From: Tricharina praecox
Lineage: Eukaryota
Assembly (NCBI RefSeq): GCF_024521635.1
Contig: NW_026250457.1
Coordinates: 59,097-79,096, forward strand
Direction: 5' to 3'
Length of the DNA: 20,000 bases
In this document: one piece after another, positions 10,038 to 18,300 of the stretch
Layout of the letters: the number at the start of each line of letters is the position of its first letter
How positions within the stretch are numbered: the first letter of the stretch is position 1
Notes under the pieces: model-generated
Seen by the model: the letters and a program-made list of their open reading frames with translations, nothing else
Told to the model about the DNA's origin: nothing
Databases searched by the model: none
Position numbers and translations under genes: made by a program

Positions 10038-10730
10038 TACGACTACGGTCGTATATTTTTCGAAAGGTCGTCTAAGGTACATATCTCACGCTACTTTACT
10101 ACCCCACGGGGTTCTCCCATACCTGCAGAAAACGACTGACGAAACTACTACTAGGACTTCCTAGAGATCCTACGGGACTGTTAGATTACGACTACAGTCG
10201 GAAATCATTGAAGAGGTTGTCTACGGTACATATCTCTCTATACGTCACTACAGCATGGGGTTCTCCCTTGTTTGTGGAAACTGACTGACGAAACCACTAC
10301 TAGGACTTCCTACAGATCCTGCGGGACTGTTAGATTACGATTACGGTGGGTAATCTTTGCAGAGGTTGTCTACGGTACATACCTCCCAACACTTTACAAC
10401 ACCCGGGTGTTCTCTTATATCTACGGAATGTGACTGACTAAATCACAATCAGGACTTCCAGAGACGTACTACGGTAGTGTCCGATTTTACGACTACGGTC
10501 GGTAATTTCTTTTTCGGTCGTCTAAGGTGAATATCCCTAAAGTTATTCCATGGTTGCAAAAACCGACTGACCAAACCACCATCAAGACTTCAAAGTAGAC
10601 TTACTACGGTAGTGTCAGATAAGACTACGGTCGATATCTTTTTCTGAGATAGTTTACGGTACATATCGCCTTATACACTCTTTCCGTAGTGCGTGAAATA
10701 ACTGACTGTGCGCCATCAAGACACCTAGAT
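10038..10730 (+). other. Tandem array of five ~149-bp exon+intron modules with UNCG-type hairpins (putative spliced non-coding leader or ncRNA), copy 1
   Basis: Predicted introns 10077-10154, 10226-10303, 10375-10452, 10527-10586 and 10659-10720 (GTACAT/GTGAAT...ACTGAC...YAG; the last two end in AAG). Internal exons are 71-74 nt, ATG-free, and do not join into an open frame. Confidence 0.75.
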
Positions 10731-10785
10731 TTATTTTTACGGATTACTTCACAAGACCGAGTTTGTGCAAGTAAAGTTGTCAGAT

Positions 10786-11929
10786 ATGAACAACGTTCCA
10801 ATCAAGATTGTGGCGAAGGTGTGCGGCGGTGGTGTCGACGGCGGGTAACGGCCCCAACAGGATAGCCAACAAGTCGGTTTTCGAAGACTTGGACAACTCC
10901 GACTGTGAGATGAGAGACGGCGACGACGATGGCGAAAATTCCGACTCCGGGGATGGAGCTTCTTTCGTTGCTCCTCCTCTTGACTGTGACGATGAAGACA
11001 GTGACTCTGACTTCTACGACGAAGACAAGGACGACGACAAGAAGGCCGATCACAAGAAGGCCGATGACAAGAAAGGAGACGACCCTAAAGGCGGCGACGA
11101 TGGCGGCAAATCCTCCTCCGGCGATGGAGCTCATGCGATTCCTCCTCCTCCTGCGATTCCTCCTCCTAGCTGTGACGACGAAGACAGTGACGCCGAGTTC
11201 TACATGGAAGACGAAGACGTCGACAAGAAGGACGGAGAGGCAGGCGAACCTGCAGCGATTCGTGTTCTGCTGGAATGGCGGGAGGGTGGGAACGATGATG
11301 ACGATGATGACGATGACGACGATGAGAAAGACTCTCATGATGATGACCAGAGTGGGCTAAGTGTGAGTCCACTGGATGACGACGAACTAGAGTCCCTCGT
11401 GGCTTGTTTTGAGAAGCTTTACCTATCTCGCAAGAGAAGTGTGTCGGCTGCGGCTGTCGTTGGTCAACAGAGCAGTGCACTTCTTTGCCCTCGGGCCACC
11501 GGACCTGCCAAAGACACGGACGCAGACGGAATGGAGTCACTTGTGGCTCTCTTTGCGAACCTTTCGGTGTCTGATGAGAGAACCGACAAGGACGGGATGG
11601 AGTCACTTGTGACTCGCTTCAAGAAGCTGTCAGTGTCTGGCAAGAGAGCTCAGGATGCCGTGTTGGCTCCGGCTCCTCCCAAGGACACGGACGGGGTGGA
11701 GTCACTTGTGGGTCTGTTCGCGCACTGGTCGGTGTCTGACGGGACAACCGACAAGGACGGGATGGAGTCACTTGTGGCTCGCTTCAAGAAGCTGTCCGTG
11801 TCTCGCAAGAGACGGCAGGATAGTGTGTCGGCTCCGAGTCGTCGTGACGAAGTGGACTACGTTGGGCAGACGGTGAGGCAAGTGTCTTTGGTACTCACAT
11901 TTGATTGCCAGCGACACCATACATCTTAA
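10786..11929 (+). CDS. Orphan acidic, low-complexity protein with tandem NES-like repeats; frameshifted near 10845 (possible pseudogene, or starts at ATG 10910, 339 aa)
   Basis: Long open frame 10808-11929, D/E-rich, with repeats DGMESLVxxFxxLSVS. The ATG at 10786 matches the paralog's ATG at 15431 but stops at 10846-10848 because of a 1-nt indel. Confidence 0.55.
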
Positions 11930-11967
11930 TCCATCATGATTGGCGAACGGCGAGGATTTGTTGTCGC

Positions 11968-12600
11968 CAGGGCCTCTCTGCCTGACCACTGCGTTCGCTC
12001 CCAGGGCGCTGTACTCGATTCCCTCCCAGGTCTCTCTTCCTCTATACTGCATTCACTCCCAGGCCTCTCTACTGGATTCGCTCCAAGACCTCTCTACCGG
12101 ATTCGCTGCCAGGGACCTCTACTCGATTCGCTCCCAGGGCTCTCTTCCTCTATACTGCATTTACTCCTAGACCTCTCTACTGGATTCGCTCCAAGGCCTA
12201 TCTAATGGATTCGCTCCAAGGCCTCTCTGCAGGATTCCCTCCGAGGCCTCTCAACTGGATTCACTCCCATGCCTCTCTACTGGATTCCCTCCCAAAGGCC
12301 ACTCTATCTCCCCACTGGATTCGCTCCAACGCCTCTTTACTGGATTCGCTGCAAGGCCTCTGTTTGATTCGCTGCCATCAACTCTCTACTGGATTCGTTC
12401 CCATTCCTCTCTACTGGATTCACTCTCATGCCTCTCTACCGGATTCGCTCCCAATGCCTCTCTACTGCATTTGCTCCCAGGGCCTCTACTGCATTCGCTC
12501 CAAGGGCCGCTACTGCATTCGCTACCATGGCCTCTCTGTTGGACTGGCTGCCATGGCTCTGTACGGGATTCGCGGCCATTCCCTCTCTACTGGACTCACG
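11968..12600. repeat. Degenerate 25-bp minisatellite (~AGGCCTCTCTACTGGATTCGCTCCC), roughly 25 units
   Basis: Recurrent CTCTCTACTGGATTCGCT at a ~25-bp period. Confidence 0.9.
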
Positions 12601-13714
12601 ACGATTTTCCCACGCAAAATGGCAACCACTTTCGCGGCGAGAGAGAGACAAGGCGGCATAGCAATTCTCGTCAACAACACAGACATCAGACCAACAACAG
12701 CCTACAACACGCCCGCTAAATTCATGTCCGCCGCGGATGTCGCAGCTCCACGTTTTCAGCAGCAACATTTCAGCAGTTTGAAGGATCCGTGACGCACGAC
12801 AACAGTAAAGTCAGTTCTAAACAAAAGTAGGTTGGACACAAATTACTACCACCAACGGCGACGCAGTCACGGTTCACAGAGGAGAAGCGAGTGGACTACC
12901 GCGACTGGATTCATTCGGTATCCTCACATGAAAACACCACCGGGGACCCAATTAAAACCGCCTTTGGAACCATCAGTACGATGCCGAAACGAGATTCGGA
13001 GCCGGACTCCGACGCACCCCGCCCCTCCTACTGACTGAGTGACCAGTCGTACCACTGCGCCGCAGGAAGTGACCACGGCAGACAACGATTCCACCGACTG
13101 TACTGGATGGTGCTGTAGTAGAAGGATGGGTTCTGAGAAAGAGGAGGGTTGGCATGCAAGTGGAAAAGATTGTACAGTAACATCCGAGATCAATGCAGTG
13201 TTTGTTGTGTTAGTGAGAATTCAATTCAATTGATGTTTGACGAGGATTGGTACTGCAGAATGTAGTCGCCAAAGCAGTACCGTAACCGTACAGCCAGCAG
13301 TGGTGGTGGTGGTGGTGATGGTGATCTCGAGCCCGTAATACTACTTGCCGGTTTCGGGTTCAGCATGCCATTCTATCCTTGGGCCAGCCGACGTCGGCAA
13401 ACTTCTATGGCTGGGGAGTCTGGCCCAGGATGAGATATGCCGGAAAAATCGATCCATGGTCCGGCCAGTTGTGACATTCGACCCACCTATACAGGGGCCG
13501 GTCCATGTATACACGGGCCGGTCCATCTATTGATGCGCGGGCCCATCTGAAGAACAATATATCTGCCCAATGGCATAGAACATATATAGTACCCAGCCTG
13601 CTGGTGATCAGGAATTTCCCACACCAAATGAAAAACACAATCGTGGCAAGAGAGAGAGAAGAAGGTACGGTTCTTTGGTTACTTAATGCCATTTTCAGCG
13701 AGTCTGTACATGTC

Positions 13715-14105
13715 AATTTATCATGGTTAGCGAACGGCGAGGGTTCTTTGTTGCCAGGTCCTCATGACTGGTGGTATTCGCTGCCATGGCATCTCTGCCT
13801 CTCTACGGCATTCGCTCTCAGTGCTTTATCACTGCATTCGCTCCCAGAGCTCACCACTGCATTTACTCCCAGAGATGCATCACTAGTTCGCTCTCAGGGC
13901 TCTATACTAGACTTGCTACCAGGGCTCTATACTGGAATCGCTGTTAGGGCTTCATCACTGCATTTTCTCCCTGAACTCAGCCCTGCATTCGCTCCCAGGG
14001 CTCTGTACTGGAGTCGCTGCCATGACTGTGTACTAGATTCGCTGTCTGCCAGAGAGACTGTGCTGCATTTGCTATCGTGGCCTCAGTACGGGATTCGCTG
14101 TTGTG
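13715..14105. repeat. Second, more degenerate block of the 25-bp minisatellite with the same 5' flank
   Basis: ATCATGGTTAGCGAACGGCGAGG matches ATCATGATTGGCGAACGGCGAGG at ~11932. Followed by repeated CTGCATTCGCTCCCAGGGCTCT-like units. Confidence 0.8.
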
Positions 14106-14524
14106 GGTTCGATGATGGTGGTTACTTGACGGATGTCATTTGTGTTTTTAGTTGCCACGAAAAAAAAACTGATGTGTCGCGAAAAAAAACGTTTTTTTGG
14201 ACAAGGACTTAATCCAGACTTTTCTGTCGCCGCGACGAGATGCTAGTGATTTACGACAGGAACAAGCCTGGTGCGAGACTATTTTCATCTATCTAGAGGA
14301 ATATATCTTTCCGTGTGGGCAAATATCTGGAAGTACATCATGTAGCATACCCTCTCCCGTAAACGTACGTGATGTTGCGGAGCCGCCAAAAGCGCCTGTA
14401 GTTACGTCATTTCTTTGCAACCCTAACTCCTCAGCGGGATACTGCCACCGAGTGATGGTGGCGGCCGAAAGTTCGCCGACGGTTTTTGGCTAGTTTGTTT
14501 GGATATTCCAAACCTACCAAACAG

Positions 14525-14532
14525 TATAAATA
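14525..14532 (+). promoter_or_regulatory. TATA box, copy 2
   Basis: TATAAATA at the position homologous to 9816, followed by a CT-rich tract. Confidence 0.7.
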
Positions 14533-14802
14533 GCTCCGTCTTCCTCCACCCCTCTTCCCTTTCTTCCTTCGTGAATTCTCAAGACCTCCTGATCTCAACG
14601 TTTACGTTCTGCTCAACCCTCTCTTGCACTTCACACCTTTGTTGCATCGCAACCCCCCTTTCTGCTCTTGCTCTTACTCTACTCTTGCTCCCTTTTCTTC
14701 CTCCTGCTCCCTCTTCCTCTTCCCTTTTCCTCCTGCCTTCAAGTTTTCTTGTGCACAGCACAAGTCACGAAGAGCTTGCGACAGCAAGTCTCATTTCGAC
14801 TT

Positions 14803-15375
14803 CGGACTACGGTCCGTTGCGCTTTCTGACCACGGTTAGTTTTTTTTCTCGAAAGGTCGTCTAAGGTACATGTCTCCCTCCCCCATGCTTGCGGAAAACG
14901 ACTGACGAAACACTACTAGGACTTCCTATACAGATCCTACGGGACTGAGATTACGACTACGGTCGAGAATCTTTGAAAAGGTTGTCTACGGTACATATCT
15001 ACCTCGATTCTACTACACCCGGTGGGTCTCCCATATTTGCGGAACGTGACTGACCAAGCCAATCAGGACTTCCCGGAGACGTACTACGGTAGTGTCCGAT
15101 TTTACGACTACGGTCGGTAATTTCTTTTACGGTCGTCTAAGGTGAATATCTATATAGACTCTGCTACAACTGGGAGTTCTTCCATGATTGCCAAAGCGTA
15201 TTTACCAAACCACCATCAGGACTTCCTAGTAGACCTACTACGGTAGTGTCAGATAAGACTACGGTCGATATCTTTTTCTGAGGTAGTTTACGGTACATAT
15301 CCCCACATACACTCTACCACGCCTGGAGGTTCTTCCACAGTGCGGTACTGACCGTACCACCATCAGAACACCTAG
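14803..15375 (+). other. Tandem array of four exon+intron modules with UNCG-type hairpins, copy 2
   Basis: Predicted introns 14866-14919, 14991-15066, 15142-15219 (weak branch site) and 15293-15366, all GT...YAG. Internal exons are 71, 75 and 73 nt. Confidence 0.75.
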
Positions 15376-15430
15376 ATGTTTTTACGGATTACTTCACAAG
15401 ACCGAGTTTGTGATTGTAAAGTTTTCAGAG

Positions 15431-15940
15431 ATGGACAACGTTTCCAGAAAGATTTTGGGGAAGGTGCGCAGCGGCGGTGGCGGCGGTGGCAATGGCTCCG
15501 ACAAGATGGCCTACAAGTCGAAGATCGAAGACTTCGACAGCGAGATGGAAGACGGCGGTGACGGCGATAACGACAACTCCGACTCCGGGAATGGAGCTCC
15601 TTTTGTTGCTCCAGGTGAACGTGCAGCGCTTTGCGCTCTGCGGGACTGGCGGGAGGGCGGGGAGGGGGGGGGGGGTGGTGACGACTCCGACGACTCCGAC
15701 GACGCCGACGATGAGGACGGCTCTGACGATGAGGACGACGCCAACGATGAGGACGGCTCCGACGATGATGATGACCAAGGTGGAGTATGTGAGAGTCCAC
15801 CTGACGCGGACGAACTAGACTCCCTCGTGGCTCTTTTTGAGACGCTTTACGTGTCTCGCAAGACGACTCAGAGAATTGTGTCCGCTGCGGCTGTGGTCGA
15901 CCAGCAGAGCAGTGGACCTGCCAAAGAGGCCAGGATGTAA
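15431..15940 (+). CDS. Orphan acidic protein (169 aa), shorter paralog of the 10786-11929 ORF, with one NES-like motif
   Basis: MDNVSRKILGKVRSGGGG...DSDDADDEDGSDD...DELDSLVALFETLYVSRK...AAAVVDQQSSGPAKEARM*. Colinear with the copy 1 protein. Confidence 0.55.
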   Translation: MDNVSRKILGKVRSGGGGGGNGSDKMAYKSKIEDFDSEMEDGGDGDNDNSDSGNGAPFVAPGERAALCALRDWREGGEGGGGGDDSDDSDDADDEDGSDDEDDANDEDGSDDDDDQGGVCESPPDADELDSLVALFETLYVSRKTTQRIVSAAAVVDQQSSGPAKEARM

Positions 15941-16158
15941 TGTTGGTCCTGGGTCTCAGGGGCGAAGTGGATTATGAGGAGCTGGGCTAGGGCCCACCCC
16001 GGCCCAGAGGCCGGGAGTGGTGCTGGTAGCGGCGGACGAAGAGGATGGTTATACAACCTCCTCAGGTCGCCCGACAGCAGTCCGGTTCTGGCGAACTTCG
16101 TCCGGTGGTGGTCGCCACCGGCGACCGGGTGATGTCACGCCGTACAGCTTAGACGAAG

Positions 16159-16622
16159 TTGCCTGCGACGGACTTGATCGAGCACGAGATACTGATATTT
16201 CAACGATGCAAGCTAGTACGAGCCAAAGACCCCTTATACAACAAAGTCGAATGGCAGAGACGGAACCTCCCAAAGATGCTGGACGGGTGTATCATGACCT
16301 GGGATCAGCCACCTGGGAGCGCTCTATATACACGTTCGTCTTGTCCAAGGCAGAATACTCTTACGTAGGAGATACTCAGATTCTTCAGCTTCTGAGACGA
16401 GCACGGTCCGCGCCGCGTCATCAGGTGGGCCTTGGGCTCGTGAGTCTTCGAGAGCCTTCCAGACGTCTAATGTTGACACACGGTACGGCGGTGGCATCAG
16501 GTGCTAGCAGTACTGAAGTTGCTGTCAATGTGCAGGGTATGGCAGCGATGGGAGAAAGAGCGATTCAAGATGCGATCATGACAATTCCAAGGGCGTTGAC
16601 CAATGAAAGGAATGAGGAATGA
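16159..16622 (+). pseudogene. Possible decayed Harbinger accessory ORF (Myb/SANT-like partner), convergent with the transposase
   Basis: Position is tail-to-tail with the transposase relic. Fragments EILIFQRCKLVRAKDPLYNKVEW and AAMGERAIQDAIMTIPRALTNERNEE* are only loosely suggestive. Confidence 0.25.
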
Positions 16623-16639
16623 AAGGAATTTATGATATC

Positions 16640-17100
16640 CTACATGTAGATTTAGACACTCATCCAATGACGGTGGAGGACAATCAAACTGAATGTTGAT
16701 TTGATTTCCTCACTGAATGCATGACTGAATATTGTAAAAACGTACTGTGATATACCATAATATGTTCCCACCTGAGAAGATCCCGCTTTCAAGTCTCCTT
16801 TTTACCCATTGAAACCCCAATTTTCCATCGTGACTCGTCTTTCCAAAACCATGCCCTACACTGATATGCAGAGAAGAAATTTGAGCGTTGATCTCTTTTT
16901 CAAGTTCACTCAACTCTCGTCCAACATGTGCATTGCATTGAATGGACTGGGAGTACCATGCAACATCGCATACGCAGGATCGCAATAGATGTGTTGTAGG
17001 CCACACGGCAGATTTTCCCAGATGAGCTTATCAGCCGCAAATTTTTCTGTCATAGTTGTGCATGCGGAGTGTGTCGATGACGACCGCAGCAATACTGGAA
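16640..17100 (-). mobile_element. PIF/Harbinger-like (DDE_Tnp_4) transposase relic, C-terminal half
   Basis: Across one frameshift it reads HIYCDPAYAMLHGTPSPF / ELSELEKEINAQISSLHISVGHGFGK...YITVRFYNIQSCIQ*GNQINIQFDCPPPSLDECL. This resembles the fungal pattern YGDPAY..PF..E..FN..MS..RISVEHGFG...N..C..GNQ...F.C.PP.L.EYL. Confidence 0.8.
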
Positions 17101-17640
17101 GCGTTGGGCGTCCGAAATGCTACTATAATTGTCGCAGAAATGCTGCCAGACCACAGAAGTGCTAGCAGAGAAAGCATTAGCACGTGATGATGTACTAGAG
17201 GCTGTAGAATGTATCAAAATCTGGTAGAGGGATGGGATGATTGTGGCGACTCAGGCGGATGTGAAGGAAACCGGGGACATGTTGGCCGCGCGATACAGGA
17301 GGATCTGGTGTAGATTACATGATTGTAAAGATCACAATATCCAACGTGTATACTTTCGTAGCCCGACTCATCCCGACCGACCAGACCATACCCAAAGTTG
17401 GTCGGGACTGGTCTATGTAGAACACTGGTCAGAAGCATCAGCAGCATCAGCACGCATCATGGCCTTCAACCCCCGGAGACCGTTCCCCTGTCACTCTCCG
17501 AATTTCGGACGGCTAACTAGCCATCATATTGTTGTCAAACTTTACTCGCCCGGAGATCTCGGGACGAGTTAAGGTTTGGCGGTGGAAGAGTCTCGACGAC
17601 CATGATGGACCATCGACGACTATATGGTTACGCGGCGGCG

Positions 17641-17726
17641 AACTCTGACGAGCGGGCCCGGCAAATTCTGATGAGCGGTCCCGGTGAACTCTGATGAGTG
17701 GGTCCGGCAAACTCTGATGAGCGGCC
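17641..17726. repeat. 23-bp tandem repeat x3.7 (AACTCTGATGAGCGGGCCCGGCA)
   Basis: Units start at 17641, 17664, 17687 and 17710. Confidence 0.9.
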
Positions 17727-17730
17727 AACC

Positions 17731-18300
17731 TTAGGTGGCCCCCCCAGTCTCAAATAGAGGTTTTCGCCGTGGACCATAGGTTCTTTTTTCTGCATCGAAT
17801 AGAAGATCATCATCTGTCCACCTGTATATTTCAAGAAATGTCATCCAGCCAGCTGGGTAATAACCTGCCAACATTAGAATTGCGCAACAATTCCGAAAGC
17901 ATGAGAGGGCTGCATAATGGCTCTGTAAATAGTGCCCGTATCGGTGTTTGCTTACGCTGCTTGGGCCCGTGGTATCGACGGCGAGCTCGACCTCCGATCA
18001 CGGCGTCGTCTGCTCCAATAGCTTGGGCCCAGGCACTGTACTGCATGAAGAGCCGCTCAAAGTCTGCATGACATGGTAGATACTCCACCGGGGCCGGTCA
18101 TCTGGCAGATCCGTTATCCAAACAGGTGCTCGACTCCGAGGGCGGGCTCATACTTACCGGGATGCATGCGATTCCTGGGGCTGTGGATACGAGTGATGCC
18201 TTGTCGCGTCGCTGCACAAATGAAGCGCAAACGGAAATCGCGGCTGCGCTGAGTACGGACGTGGCTACGGACCGACAATGACCATTGGAACACACAAGAA
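17731..18300 (-). pseudogene. Possible decayed intron-containing gene of unknown function
   Basis: Candidate intron 18157->18102 (GTAAGT...GATAAC...CAG). Protein-like fragments (ADFERLFMQYSAWAQAIG; CFRNCCAILMLAGYYPAGWMTFLEIYRW) lie in different frames. Confidence 0.25.

Larger units (their letters stand above)
9590..11515 (+). repeat. Copy 1 of a direct segmental duplication (promoter + multi-intron leader + acidic ORF 5' part)
   Basis: Colinear similarity to 14290-15928 (offset ~4.7 kb). Example: TGATGTTGCGGAGCCGCCAAAAGCGCCTG is identical at 9664-9692 and 14370-14398. Confidence 0.93.
14290..15928 (+). repeat. Copy 2 of the segmental duplication
   Basis: Aligns with 9590-11515. Similarity ends after GGACCTGCCAAAGA. 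Confidence 0.93.

Noticed and set aside
10155..10658. Leader exons as protein-coding repeats
   Set aside because: Exon lengths of 71/71/74 nt shift the frame at each junction and hit TAG stops, and there is no upstream ATG.
10077..10720. Intron-encoded snoRNA cluster
   Set aside because: The introns are only 54-78 nt, lack box C (RTGATGA), their CTGA belongs to the branch site, and they are less conserved than the exons.
10038..10730. CRISPR-like or guide array reading of the ~149-bp repeats (conserved part plus variable part)
   Set aside because: The variable segments are mutually homologous, bounded by spliceosomal signals and not unique spacers. The context is eukaryotic with no cas or nuclease gene.
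10802..11606. Antisense and alternate-frame ORFs over the acidic gene (also 15372-15818)
   Set aside because: They are shadows of GAC/GAT-rich low-complexity codons.
11936..12792. ORFs of 76-195 aa over the minisatellite (and the 235-aa ORF at 13505-14212)
   Set aside because: A 25-bp unit cycles through frames, so these are repeat-derived open frames with no domain signal.
13340..13560. GGGCCGG-rich stretch with a 20-bp direct repeat (TATACA.GGGCCGGTCCAT) as a MITE
   Set aside because: No terminal inverted repeats or TSD could be identified.
17641..17726. Tandem hammerhead ribozymes (CTGATGAG core)
   Set aside because: The required stem II-GAAA is missing (GCAAAC/GTGAAC instead) and I see no convincing stems I/III. 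An Infernal search would settle it.
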